Assembly: GCA_015680685.1 (NCBI GenBank)
Contig: MNCI01002702.1
Location: 129,897-193,896, forward strand
DNA: 64,000 bases
Direction of reading: 5' to 3'
Source: Gnetum montanum
Lineage: Eukaryota; Plantae; Gnetophyta
Shown piece by piece: positions 1-13,018 of this stretch. Position 1 is the stretch's first letter, and the number at the start of each line of letters is the position of its first letter. Position numbers and translations under genes: made by a program. Under the pieces are notes generated by a model, which worked only from the letters and a program-made list of their open reading frames with translations, was not told the DNA's origin and made no database searches.

Positions 1-1780
1 AAGAGAAACTTGCAAATGATTGTAGGTGGATGCAAAGTTCGATAAAGCCCAGGTCAAAGCCTTTCCGTTGCATGATGGTGGTCAAGGCTTCCCAACTAAG
101 TGTATTCGACATTCGAAAAGCATGAAACACCTCCTGCATGAGAAGCACTTGGTCCTGCAAGGTCCGGCCTTGTACAAAACCTATTTGGTTTACTCCCACC
201 AGTTTAGGCATTAGCGGAGCTAGCCTACGGACAATCATCTTGGACAATAATCGAATTAAAACGTTGCAGACCCCGATAGGTTAAAAATGTTATGGGCAGT
301 GTGCCTCTGCCTGCTTGGGGATGCACACAATTCGAGAACAATTAAGCTCCCTTCGGACCTACCTCTTGGCCAACATAAGGCTGACAGTGTCCAAAATGTT
401 GGGTCCCACAATATCCAGGAAGGTCCTGAAAAATTTGAGGCTCCAACCATCCGGCCCAGGCACCTTTTCTCTTGGCATATCGTTGATTGTTGCTATGACT
501 TCCTGCCAAGAGAATGAAGCCAGCAATCTAGTGTTATCCTCCACGTTTAGCACCTGTGCAATTTGAACCAATATGGGCTTTGTGGGTCACTTGGCCTAGA
601 TCTTCTCCCAATATTGTGTCAGCTCCCTAGCAATGCTCTTCTCCCAATATTGTGTCAGCTCCCTAGCAATGCTCTGTGGCTCATCAATTATCCCNCCATC
701 CATGTGTCTTGGCGACAGCAAAGAAGAAGTTTGATTGCCTATCCCCCTCTCGAAGCCATCTAATCAGTGATCTTTGTTTCCAGTATGTCTCCTCCTCCAA
801 GTCAAGGTCCTGAAGTTATCGCAAAATGCTCTGCTCTTCTTCATACAGATCCTCCCCTGCTTCCTGCCTAGTTTGGATCTAAGTCAACCTATCCCAAAGC
901 ACTGTGTGACCTGTCCGAAAAGAGAATTTTTCCTCCATTGGTAGGGCCCAGATAGCCCACTTCAAACAAAACAAGCCTTCTTTGAGGAAATTTCTGGGGT
1001 CTCCCTGGCCCCGCCGGTAGTCTACCCAGATGTCCTCCACTAACGGCCACAACCACAACTTGTACAACCAAGTTGCCTCAAAACAAAATGGCCACGGTGT
1101 CTGGTTCCATTCAGGCCCAAGCAAACAAACCAGTGAGCAATGGTCCGATGCCACCCATTCTTGTTCCGTAACCCGCACGACCAACTAGAGGAGGAGGTCG
1201 AAACTAATGCAGATCCAGTCAATTCTAGAAAGGACGTAGTCAAGGCCTTTCTGCCTATTGCTCCAGGTGAACTGGCAATTCTCAATGGGCAGATCCACCA
1301 ACGAGTGCGCCACCAAGAAATCCTGAAACTCCTGGGCGTCTGGAGGGGAGCCTCAACACCTGACTTTTCCCATGGGTGTAATCTTTGGTTGAAGTCCCCC
1401 ACAATTAGCCATGCTAGGCAGTCTTGCACCAGCGTCACCACACGCTCCATCTCGTGCAACCTCTGTTCCCACATCTACAGCCCATAGAAGTTAGTTAGCC
1501 ATAGCCCCTGAGAGGGGATATGGACTGTCATGGTCCATTGTGAAGAGTCAACCAGCGTCATGTCATAGCAGGCTAGGATAGCCAGACCCCCCGCCCAACC
1601 CACGCATGGGTGTAGATGGACTTTCCAACCGTCCCAAATGAGATGGTGTGATTATGTTGCCTGTAGCTTGGTCTCTTGGAGGCATACGATATTGCATTCT
1701 TCATCACGAACAATTCTTCTCAGGGTATTTCTTTTATAGGGTGTACCCTGTCCCCTATAGTTCCAGCTGAAGACTTTCAT
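1..1780 (-). mobile_element. L1-type LINE ORF2 (APE endonuclease plus start of RT), degenerate, running off the window; lies in intron 8 of the BRO1-like gene
   Basis: ATG at 1780 reads MKVFSWNYRGQG. Downstream are IVCLQETK, WLIVGDFN, SDHCSL, PFCFEATWL and the RT-proximal KVPGPDGWSLKFF. Frameshifts and stops throughout. Confidence 0.9.
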
Positions 1781-2270
1781 GTATGCCTGGACGAGCGATG
1801 TTGGTAGACCTCCCAAAGGGTCTTCTCCAATCCCAAGTCAATATTTCGTTGTGCTTGTTTAGCCTTGGAGAGACTCTTGCATGGGNNNNNNNNNNNNNNN
1901 NNNNNNNNNNNNNNNNNNNNNNNNNNNNNNNNNNNNNNNNNNNNNNNNNNNNNNNNNNNNNNNNNNNNNNNNNNNNNNNNNNNNNNNNNNNNNNNNNNNN
2001 NNNNNNNNNNNNNNNNNNNNNNNNNNGGGGGTGGGGGTGGGGGGTGGGGTTTGAAGGGAGGTGACGATTTGTGGGGGGGTAGTTGAGGTTGTGGTGAGTT
2101 CGGTCAGCCCTTACACCCCGCGGTGAGCCCCCGATTGGCGTCTCCTTCTTCCGCCACTCCGTCGTCAGCCATTTTACCTGTGCTCACCCCACCATTCACC
2201 TGTTTCTCCATGCCTTCGCTCACCTGTTTCGCTGTGTCTTCGTTCTGCAGCTTTGTTGTTTCTTCCATTT
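1781..2270 (-). mobile_element. Probable 5' end / ORF1 start of the same L1, mostly hidden by an N gap
   Basis: GC-rich segment with aaaATGGCT at 2172 (MADDGVAEEG...) directly upstream of ORF2; assembly gap at 1886-2026. Confidence 0.45.
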
Positions 2271-3770
2271 GCTAAATTTTTTATCACTTGATATCTCAGT
2301 ACAAGCTGTGATGGTAGTTACAGCTCAATTTTTTCATCATGTGACTAGGGCATGAGTAAATTTCATGTATCTTTTCTAGCAAGATGGATTGGCTGATATG
2401 CTGTATAAACAACCTTATAAGACTAATCTTATCTTTCATAGTTGAATTCTTTGATTGTATGATAGCTTATTTATCAGCAGTGTTTAAACTTTGCTTAGCT
2501 TGGTATCATAGAAATTGAATTTTGTATATTTCTTTATATTGATTCAGGCGGGAGCTGTAAATATGCTTGTATTACTGCTTTCATGATAGTGTTGACTGGG
2601 ATGAATTAGAATGATTTTATTTACTCTATTATTGTATCACTTTTCTCTGTATCTAAGATGCTTACATTTCTTCTTCTTTTTTAAGTCATGACTGTAGTAT
2701 TCTTTGTTTTTTTTTTTCTGGTAGAGAGTTGTCAATCATCATATTGACCAACTCTTGAGGCTAGATCCTGTTCTTGGTTTGGGTACAATGACATTTCTCT
2801 TTGGATCATAGATGTATTTGCAAAAAAAAAGAAAGGTGTATTTATTTGTGTTTTCTTTGGCTGCTACAGAAACTCAGTAATACTCCTGTATTTTACATTA
2901 CTCTTTCAACTGACTTGTTATTTTACTTGGACTTCACCATCATTCCTCTTCGCATGCTACAAGCCAATGACCTTAATTCATATCACATGCTCTCTCTTTA
3001 GCACTTCACCTGTCTCATGCATTTCAAATTAGATTTAACATTATCACTCCACTTTTGGCCTTTACTGGCACTTCATGACTCGTATTTAAAAACTGTAATT
3101 TATCATGTTTCTAAAACTGAACTATTTTTATTAGTCCATGTGGAGATGAGACAGATCTGTTAGAACAACTCAGTTCCAACCATTGTTTTCTGCAAATGCT
3201 TATATACCTTAGTATAACACACTGAAATCAAATTTGTGACCTGTCAGATGCATGTCACAAGCTTTAAACAAATAGTTACCCCTCATTGATATTTCAATGT
3301 CTGACACGTATCTATACATCCATCTAAATGCATCATTGTATTTAAAATGAAATCATCATCTAAAATACATTCTACAAGTAAAGCTACATAAACCTCCAAG
3401 GTACAAGATTCAAGTTGTTTCTGTCAACTGACAAAGGAATAAACAACACAAACTGACCATTGTGTGACGGGCATATTTGTGGATGCCTTGATGCTTAAGA
3501 TTGAATTTAATAAAATTGTAGGAATTTGTGACTTGATCACTAAATTTAAGATATCAATTCAGCTATTAAATCAAGTTATTTTATATTTCATGTAACTTAA
3601 TCGTATGAAGTATTGTTCTACGTGAATAAGATCTTCAAAAGAAATAATAATAACAGTAACCGCTATTTTATATTTGTTTATCCATAAAAACGTAACAAAT
3701 TTTTCATGAAAATTGAATAATCCCGTTTCTTACAGGTCCAATATTCATTCAACTAAAGCAAAGAGCAAAC

Positions 3771-3860
3771 CTTGGCTTCTATGCATTTCCACTTGATGAA
3801 AAGTCGATGTTTTTCACCCCAGTCATTCCCCAAATGCAGTCCTGATGTACTATTTTGCGC
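3771..3860 (-). CDS. BRO1-like domain protein, coding exon 8 (AQNSTSGLHLGNDWGEKHRLFIKWKCIEAK)
   Basis: ttcag|GCG ... AAG|gtttg, 90 nt, phase 0/0. Matches the recalled motif AQDNLMNLPLANGWGEKHMLFVKWKYVEAK of Arabidopsis At1g73390-type proteins. Confidence 0.92.
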
Positions 3861-3953
3861 CTGAACAGTAAACAAGAGAATGGATGTCAACTTTTCAAGT
3901 AAACAATTTACCAAAATATAAGTAAAAAGACATTGAGTCACACATCCTTTGAC

Positions 3954-4052
3954 CTCATGCCAGTACTTGACTTTTTCGCACGCCAGCCTTCTTTTCACTG
4001 CTAAAGTTGCCTTAGGGTTCTCAATTGCTAATCCAAGTTGAATATCCACACC
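3954..4052 (-). CDS. BRO1-like domain protein, coding exon 7 (GVDIQLGLAIENPKATLAVKRRLACEKVKYWHE)
   Basis: aacag|GGT ... GAG|gtcaa, 99 nt, with the highly conserved KATLAVKRRL motif. Confidence 0.93.
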
Positions 4053-5949
4053 CTGTTACAATCAATCACAAGTTGCATAAAAAAGAAACCAGATTAAAAA
4101 ATTTATGCTCAATTTTCAAATGGGAGAACAAGTAAACAGAGGACATTAACATCCCACTCTAGTGCAAAATAAGAGTTGAGGATATATGAAAACTTGTGTA
4201 AGAACATGTTGCTAAGAAGCAAGATGAAACGTATATTTTTTATTTTAGACCTATCAGTCTGTGTAACGTGGCATTTCAGAAAAGCACTCTTGAAAACATT
4301 TTCAAGCTCTGTGCACTCTGGGAGTGGAAGCTATAATCCAAATTGTCTCAGAAACCATCCCATATCCAAATTTTCATAATATCTTTAAAAGATTACTAAA
4401 GCGTGTTTGTAGAACGTAGAAGCAAGGAGAGACATTGGTGAAGGTATAAAGTAGATCTTCCCTGAAAATGTAAAATGAAAACCTTTCAATGTGCATAGAT
4501 CAAATTTCACTATTTAAAATGAAAAACTTTTGCTTGACCAGGTGTATGGTGCATGTACACAAAGGACGACTTCATTGGTCGTCTGCAAGGGTCTGCTATG
4601 GATGAGGGTAGCAAAAAGCTTATGTGTAGTGGCAAAGTGAGATATGACTACAACATGCGCAATGAGCATAGTATGATGTTAATGACAAGTGTGGTTTATG
4701 TGATGATGTTGTTATGAATTGCCAACATTTTAGGCAAGCAGCCATAGTTTTGATACTCATTCATGATTTTAGATCTAGTGACTACAACTTTAAATATGGC
4801 ATGCACGGGGTTTTCAGTATGTCAAGTAGTTCAACATTGAGGGAAACTCAATTTCAAGGGTATGGGAAGTGTTAGCTATGAAATTAGGCACAACTGACCA
4901 TGAACAGGGTCATCATTATGGCGAGATTTGCCCCTAACTCCATCAACGATGGCGATAGCAGAACAGGAGCTACAAGAGTGATGAAACATCACAGTGAAGT
5001 CATTGGCGCTGCCCATAGTTGCAAAAGTTGCGGGCAATGACAATAGCACAAACAATAAAGAAGAAGGATGCGATTTAGTGTTTAAGATAGAAAACGACAT
5101 TAGGAATTTAATTTATTATGATGGGTCCATGGTCAAGTGTAATTGCAACCCATATTAAGAGTAATTTCTCATGATCGCAGACCAGAAGGATCTGTGGTTG
5201 AATCAATGAGGTCCATGGTTTCCCTTCTTCTTACTACTTTGTTGAAAGATCCTAGACTGAATTGTCAACGGTGTTCTAGCATAAAAAGAGCCAAAGCTGA
5301 AAGCTCTCACAAATAATGGAGTTTTGGATGCAACCTTCTTGTTGTGGATATGCAGCTAGAGTGCAGTAACATTTTTGGTTGCAAGATAGACAGTCCCTTC
5401 ATTGGTATTTTGGGTTGTAAAATGTGTTTGCAGTTTGTCACTCATGTTTCGGTAAATCTGTATACTATTTGCACATCTCTCACATGTGCACTATTCGATT
5501 TCATGTCACATGAGAGAAGTGAAAAGAAAAGAGCATACAACCAATTCCATTACCCTTAATCTCAATTTATACATGTGTTTACTTAAAAGCTAACCCAAGG
5601 TTTATTCAGCCTAGAGTTACTCTCCACTCTCTTAGAAACTTCTAACAATCACCCCCTCAATGCCAACATGGGTGAGAAACCTGAAAATGCACCCCATAAC
5701 CCAGATTCCATCTCAACATATGCACTATTTAATCTCAACCCGGATTGTGCCTGTAAACAGCTCCCCACCAACCCCTAAGGTAGTGGGTAGTGGGGGGTCA
5801 TCGTCGTCGTCGGGGGGGGGGGGGGCCCCTTTTTGTAACCTTATGTAACATATTTTGATCTTTCATAATAGAATCCCGAACACTTTCTCAAAAAAAAAGA
5901 CAGTTCAGATATATATACCCCTCAATACATCCTGGCAATGACCCTACCA

Positions 5950-6310
5950 AAATAATCCGACCTGAAAGACAGCAAACTTGCAAGAATATTTTGTCCTATG
6001 AAACCAACAATAAACCTGCAAGAGCAACCCATCCTATAAAATAGCAACACCCCTATTAGAATAATCTATTTTACAAGTCACTGACAAACCTGTGGGAGAA
6101 ATCTATCATGCACAAATACCAATGAATCTGCAAAAACAATTCATCCTGCAAAATAGTAATCAACCCTATAAGAATAATCTATCCTGCAATATGGCAACAA
6201 ACCCTACAAGAACAATCCATATAAGAAAACTATCTTGGGAAAATAATAAAAAACTGTAAAGAAAATTTTATGTTACAAAATAACAACAAACCCATAGGAG
6301 AAACTCATTC
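5950..6310. repeat. Degenerate ~40-bp tandem array
   Basis: About 8 recurrences of aaacc(t/c)gcaagaa(c/t)aatc(c/t)atcctgcaaaatagcaa-like units. Confidence 0.6.
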
Positions 6311-6878
6311 TACATATGCAAAATCATATATCTTACTAATTCAATCACAGATCCTCTTAATCTGTAATCACGTACTACTCCTAACATAACTTCTAGCCAC
6401 ACTTGGTCAAAGAACATCACAACCAGCTAAATCCACCAATGTCATTTGCTATCCTCAATCATCAATTACACCCTTCTCACCATCTTTTGATAATACTATT
6501 TACAAAGCTTTTTTGTTAACTATTGTAATAGACTTTTCACAATGGTTCTCTTTAACAAAGGTTTATTTGAAACCCTAGTGAAATGTCTTAGTTTTTGGGC
6601 CTCTAACAAAGGTTTTATTTTGACCCTCAATAAAAGTTGGCATCATCAATGACTAGATGTCAATGCATAGACATCGCCAATAGCCTTTGAATGTACTTGT
6701 GAAAAGCATATACATATGAGGTCAATGCAACACAAAAAAAAGTAATGTTTTGACACCATAAGTAAACTCTGTCTTTACACCATGAATTTCAGTCTTTCTA
6801 TCAAGTGAAAGCAATATATGAGCCAATGATTGTACCAAATCTTATTCCATGGACTTGTTGCAACATCCCATTCCCAGA

Positions 6879-6907
6879 TGTCATGGCAAATGTTAAATAT
6901 ATGTAAC
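6879..6907 (-). mobile_element. Terminal 29 bp of the 3' LTR of family-B copy 2, split off by the Athila-like insertion
   Basis: Reverse complement gttacatatatttaacatttgccatgaca matches the end of the copy-1 LTR (...catatttgatgtttgccatgaca, 17876) and continues the LTR broken at 29508. Confidence 0.75.
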
Positions 6908-7717
6908 TAGTGAAATTTGATTTGGTCAGTCACATTGACACATCAGTGTCAATGTATGCCTTGCTTCGTCAATGCATCAGCATTGACACAAAGCTAATAA
7001 ACACCTATATAAGTGTATGTACCCACTGCATTTATGGCAACATTTGGTTATACTCTTAGCTAGACTCTGTCGGTTTAATTCCAAAGTAGTAAGTAATACT
7101 TACAAGGTGCTTGCAAAGTGAACCAAGTGGATTGAATGGAATTTTATCTGAGTGAACATGTATTTGAACATATTTTAATGGCAACAATAAAATTAAGATC
7201 CATTTTCTTCATTGCAACACTTGGCTTAGCACTTCAATTTACTTTCTTGCAATTTACTTTAATGATTATTTAATTTCATGAACTTAGTTAATTAATCTAC
7301 TTTAGTCACACTAGCATTTGGTAATCCCACTAGTGGACACTTGATACACCCAACAATGAACACTTGGTAACCTAGCAACACTAATGCATGTTCAGGATAT
7401 GTATGGCAAGCTGGGAATGGATACTCTATGCCTAGGCTACACGAAATTTATTCTTCTAATATTTATATTCATTAGTTAGAATTTTAATATTTTAAATATT
7501 TTAATAAATAAATAATATATTAATTATGAGTCTCAATCACACTTAGCCATACGACTTAAGACTCACACAAATGTGATTGGGAAGATAGCGACCAATGACC
7601 TAACACTTAACTATCTAAGTCATCTAAACTAGTCTCAATCCACAAAATTCAACCAAATTGTGCATGGACGCTTGTGATCTGTATCATTGGGCATAGGGTC
7701 TATTGTGCCACTCATCA
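6908..7717 (+). repeat. A1 5' LTR
   Basis: Colinear with 28649-29507, e.g. the shared run ttgcaacacttggcttagcacttcaatttactttcttgcaatttactttaatgattatttaa. Confidence 0.88.
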
Positions 7718-7736
7718 TTTGCATCATTGCTAGGGA
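7718..7736 (+). promoter_or_regulatory. Athila-type primer-binding site (decayed TGGCGCCGTTGCCGGGGA)
   Basis: tttgcatcattgctaggga directly follows the LTR end; the equivalent site follows LTRs at 50162, 53276 and 34447 (minus strand). Confidence 0.7.
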
Positions 7737-7842
7737 TTGGTGTTAGGGTTTTAGATAGTTAAAATTATTGAAGGATTGTTGTTAGAGTCCAAAATCATTA
7801 ATCAATTAAAAGTCATATTTTATTCAAAGGTACAATTGCAAA

Positions 7843-10830
7843 ATGTCTTCTTCTCATAGGGCAAGTTCCCCACCTACTAATGATTTAGCAAAGGGATGTG
7901 ACAAAATCATTAAAAATCAAGACAAAGTTCAACAACAACTAAAGGTCATTTGCTAGCATCCAAACCCATACTATATAGATTACACTTTCATTCTTCACCA
8001 AGATAAAAGAATTGTGGTGAAGGAATCTAAAGGGCAGCATTGTGTTACCACTTGACCATTCAATTCCATCGATGCTCATGGTAGCATTGATGAAAGTGGG
8101 ACTTAGAAGCAAAAGCTCCTAACACCAAAGCTATTGATGAAATTTCCAGGTCCTACCAACCCATTGAGTCATAACTATGAAAAAACCTTTTCATGGAAGT
8201 ACACCATGAAGCCTCTAAGGGAAAGGGGGCTACTATTCTCTTGACATTGCAATTAGAAAAGGCAAATACTAATTATGAGCCTAGCTGATCTCAATGCCAA
8301 AATCCTCCATCTCCTCAGTGGAGATAATAGGAACTATTCATGGCTACGTTCAGCCTTGGCAACAACCAAGGCAAGGGGAGAACAAAACCCAACACAAGGA
8401 GTACTTCAAGGCCAATGTCTTCAAGTAGGCAACCAACAAAACCTCAATGTGGCCAAGGAAAGAGAGCAAGCTAACATAACTCTCTTAGTTCTCCATCTCT
8501 ATCCTCTTCATCCTCATTGTCAAGCTTTGACAGGGTAAACATGGCCAAGGAAAGAGTAGAAATAATCATATAGACTTAGTGGAGATGATAGAAGGGACTA
8601 TTGCAAAGATGGCTAGAAAGAAGATAGACAAGAACAAGAAGATGGGCATAGAAATGGACAGATGCATAGTAGGCAACATCATAGAAACATGGTCATGACA
8701 AGGACCATGACCATCATGATAAACCATTGCTTACTACCCCAATCATGAGAAATATAAGAGAGGCAATTTATATTCCTACAAGGCATCAGAGGAATAGACC
8801 AATTAAATCGTTAGATATGACCAATATCTCTAAGTTCAAGGAAGGTTACAACATGAACCCACAACATTATTTGCAAGCCTTCCATGATGATTGTGCCTTT
8901 TAGAACATTGAGAACAAATGGAAAAAGCTAAAACTCTTTTCAAGGACACTTATCAAAGAAATAAAAACTTGGTATTGATCTTTGAAACCACAATCCATTA
9001 GGAGGTGGAGTACAATGCTAGAATTATTTAATGACAAATATCAAATGTATTCCAAAGCATCTAATTTGAGGAAGCAAATTCAGGGGTGAAGACAAGGCAA
9101 TCATGAATCCCTTGATGCAACCTTGGACAAATGGATTCTAAAACAAAACAAGGGAAACTCTTAAGATCTATGCCTAAGAAAGATTAGTTACAAATGAGAG
9201 CCCATCAAATCCAAATGTTCATTGATCAAGTGGCAAAAGAGAAAGATGAACTCAAAACATCAGAGAGTGCAGAGGAGCACAACAAGAATCGCTCAATGCG
9301 CAAGAAAAAGGTTCGCCTTTGTAAGCCTAATGAAGGAGCACCATTGGAGGAAGTAGCATAGAGAAAAACCTTGCCTATCCAAAAATCAATCACTAAAATT
9401 TTGACAAAAGTTGATGAAATGTGAGACTCTACAAACAAAAAATTTCAAACACTGCTTGAGACCATGGAGGAGAAAGCAAAGCAAGGAAGAGCCAAAGACA
9501 TACAAGAAAAAGAAGAGAGATGCAGGCAAGGATTACTATTAGCAAAAAGGGAAAGCAATTGCAAGAGAAGAAGTTTCAAACTCCAAATCAAATGATGAAG
9601 GTTGTGACATTTGCCAATATGAATGTCCAAAGGGCTATTGCCTAGTAATGTCACATATCTAGGAGATTGGGGCTTACATCTTAAACCCAAAGTTCGTCAA
9701 GAGACAGACACCTAGGAGGTTGCCTTATCCTCAAAGTAGCTATCAAAAACCTTATAATCAGCAATAGTACTATCCAAATAGGGCACCACCACAACCTCAA
9801 GAGTACTATCAGTAGTGGCAAACCCCACAATTGTGGGGGATGCCACAACCAAGGTAGTAATACCCTTATAGGCTACCCAATATTTATGGGTATTATGTCT
9901 AACAACATGTATCTTACAATGGCTCTACCACATGTCTCTACTCATCACAACTATCCTCCAAAGTACCACAAACCTACCACTCCGTGGGTTGAATCTCCCT
10001 TGTCCTACGCTCCTCCTTACCAACACCCTCAACCTCACGCTCTAAACCCTTTTCCACCTGCTCCACCAATGCAAGGCAAAATCCCTTCGCAACCACAATA
10101 GCAAAATGCCACAAAAGTAGTGAACTTGTAGATGAATGGTAACTCAAGTAGCTCCAAGTGCAAGCCTCAAAAGTGCTTGTTTTTCAAGCCAACCAATCCA
10201 TCTAAACATCCGCATGATTCCAAGGCTATAGATTCCACACATGATACCTCTCAAACATCTAACAAGCCATCTTCAAACCAAAGTTATTCAAAAGTGCAGA
10301 CTGTCATGTTAACTCATGCAGTTACAAATTGGGTAAAATAGGAGACCTTCCCATAAAGAGAATTGATCTAGGAAGTCTCTTAATCTATTTGCAGGTTGCA
10401 GAAAATGCACCATGCAAGGCTCTACTAGACTTAAGATCTAGAGTTAACTTGATTTCACAAAAGATATATAATGTATGGAACCTACCACCACTCAAAAAAT
10501 GCAACACTCAGTTGGAGCTTGCAGACTAGTCCATCACTATTCATTTAAGACTAGTAAAGGACATTGTGACCAGCATTAGTGGTTGGTCATTACCTGTTGA
10601 TTTCCAAGTGATTCATGTAAACAATTGCAATGGAGAATTTCTCATCATCATGGAAAGAGCTTGGCTAAGCACTATTGATGCCAAGCTAGGAAGTAAGGAC
10701 CTTTACTTGGAAATCTCCAGGGAAAATAAGCATGGAATCGTGGAGAAGAAAAGAGTTTCATACATTGTGTACAATGACACAAGGTGCAACTACATGCAAA
10801 AGATTGGACCCTCTGACAAAGAACAATCAT
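7843..10830 (+). pseudogene. A1 gag (with long N-terminal extension) and aspartic protease, degenerate
   Basis: Gag core ISKFKEGYNMNPQHYLQAFHD...LKLFSRTLIKE; CxxCxxxHxxxxC-like knuckle near 9600; P/Q/Y-rich linker; protease CKALLDLRSRVNLISQ near 10410. Confidence 0.75.
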
Positions 10831-11239
10831 AACGTGCAGATTGTGTACTGAAGCAAAAAATGTGCAAAAGTGCCTATACACAGTAAGCACAAATCAAGAT
10901 GGCACCTAGTGGTTGAATCTAGATGAACGCTACAATTCAACTATGTGCATGGAACTAGCAGAAACCTTCACAAATGCATATATTGATAGAATGGACAAAA
11001 TGGAATAGCTTGGATGCCAACTCTCCGATGCAGAGCATAGACAAAAAGCAAGCATGGATTGGGAAGAGTTGGAAATTCCATAAACATCTAAACCAGAGTC
11101 CAAAACTACAACATTACCAGCATCACTTGAATGTGTTCCTAAAAAATGATAAACCGATAATTGTAAATGCTAAGCTCACAAAAAAATAGAAACAAAAGCT
11201 GCTGATGGTAGTGAACAAATGGCCAACAGCATTCACTTC

Positions 11240-11466
11240 GTCATGTGATGAAATTACAAGACTTGAATTGCACATATGCCAAAATCAAATCTATATGGAT
11301 CCTATCATTAAGCCCAAAAGACAACCACAGTGAAGGTTGAATCCCAAACTCAAACAAGTGTTCAAAACAGAGGTGGAAAAGATCCTTAAGGCTGGGTTCA
11401 TCTACACTGTTGTAGATAGTAAATGGATAAGTCCATTTGTCATCATACCAAAGAGAGATGGCCAAT
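11240..11466 (+). pseudogene. A1 reverse transcriptase, N-terminal part, interrupted by element C
   Basis: PKRQPQ*RLNPKLKQVFKTEVEKILKAGFIYTVVDSKWISPFVIIPKRDGQ resumes as WTICIDF at 22545. Confidence 0.85.
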
Positions 11467-12221
11467 TGGTGTAGGGACATCTCTTCCAAGCTCATGACAT
11501 CACTAGCAAAGGAACTAAGGTTTTGACAACTTGGTAGATGTCCAGGGCACTCAATAAACATCTAGTTTGGGAGCTGGGCACTTGCAAAAGACATCTTGGA
11601 GGCACAATAGACATCTTGCCTAAGAGCTGGGAGATTGGTAGGAGACGTCTTGCAAGTGGAGGAGAAGTTTTGCCTATGGTATGTACAGCTTGCCCAAACT
11701 AAAGACGGTTTTTCTACACACTGGGCTTAATAGAGAGACATCTTCATAGACCAGTAGACATCTTGTTTGGCCATAGTAACTTTCTAAAGTGGTAGTTCCA
11801 AGCTAGGAAACAACCAGGAATGTCGAGATTAATGTGGGAAAGTTTTCCTAAAAGTTTTAGCTTTATTTCATAATAAAAAATGGGTCTATGTTGCATGTTT
11901 TGTGTGATGAGAGTTTGTGTGGTATGAGGGGGATCTTGGTAGTTGTATGCCAACCTTGTATGAGAGGAAAGAGATCCAATTCAATTAAACCTTGCATTGA
12001 GGTCAATCATGTGTGATTATAGAGCCTCCTACTCTACAATATTATTGAGTGTGTGTGTTGTTGTGTGATGATTTGTGGAATTGGGGTTCCATTGTAATTG
12101 TATTCCTCTTCCAACATTAATAGAAAATAGCTAGTTTTCTTGTTTTCTAGCAAATTATTTGTCTTCCATACGTTCTAGATTCGGTGTGTAGGGCTAAACA
12201 AATTAGAGTGACTATGCTTTG
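11467..12221 (+). repeat. Element C 5' LTR
   Basis: Colinear with 21717-22539, e.g. aaagagatccaattcaatt(a/g)aaccttgcattgaggtcaat. Confidence 0.9.
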
Positions 12222-12225
12222 AAAT

Positions 12226-12237
12226 TGGTATTAGAGC
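12226..12237 (+). promoter_or_regulatory. tRNA-iMet primer-binding site of element C
   Basis: TGGTATTAGAGC, one mismatch to canonical TGGTATCAGAGC, just after the 5' LTR. Confidence 0.88.
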
Positions 12238-12305
12238 GTAGGTTTGTTGTTTAGATTTTGTTTGTGGATTTTTGTGTCTATTTCAAATAGCTATTAAGAA
12301 GAAAA

Positions 12306-13018
12306 ATGTCTAAGCCTTGAATTGAGATATCGAGAGCATGAAATCTGGTTTTCAATTGATGGTTGAACAATTGGATGAAATCAGTGCTAAGGTGGATAGA
12401 AATGCAAGTCCTAGCCATATTCAATCTTGTGGTCATGATGAGCATTCTCGCTAAAGTTTCTTAGCCTGATGGAAGGAGAATAGATAAGGAAGAAAAGCAT
12501 TCTTGTTATGGGAGTGTGAGAACCCATCAACCTAGGGTTCCAAGGAAAAGGAATCCAAGTCCTCATGTTAGAACTCCAAGGTATCTGTCTAGGACATCTT
12601 CTTCTTCTCATGGAAAATTGGACAATGAAGATGAAGCAAAACTTGCCATAGCTTTCAAAAATGCTGCAAGACTTCTTTATGTGGAATGAAAAACTTTCAA
12701 TGGTATGGACACCACCAATGCCTTTAACAGCTGGGTAAAGGTACTTAACAAGCATTTTGAGCTTAAAGATGCATCAAATCATTTGATGGTAACAACTCCT
12801 AAATCCAAATTAGAAGATATGGCTTCAACTTGATGGAAAAAAGAGTCTCAAAGCTATGTGAGACAAAATGGGCAACCTATCAACGATAGGTCCTTGATGA
12901 AGTATAGATTGAAACAAAAATTTGAACAATTTAAGTAGACGCAAGAAATGATCACGAACCTTAAATTCCTTAGATATGGAGACAAGGATGTGAAAGAATT
13001 CTATATTGAATTTTCATT
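12306..13018 (+). pseudogene. Element C gag, N-terminal part
   Basis: KTFNGMDTTNAFNSWVKVLNKHFE...*WKKE...LMKYRLKQKF...YGDKDVKEFYIEF, a retrotrans-gag pattern; breaks off at about 13018. Confidence 0.7.

Noticed and set aside
601-675. 36-bp tandem duplication in the L1 (similar 28-bp case at about 18882-18959 in element C RT)
   Set aside because: Ordinary small post-insertion duplication or repair scar with no sign of function.
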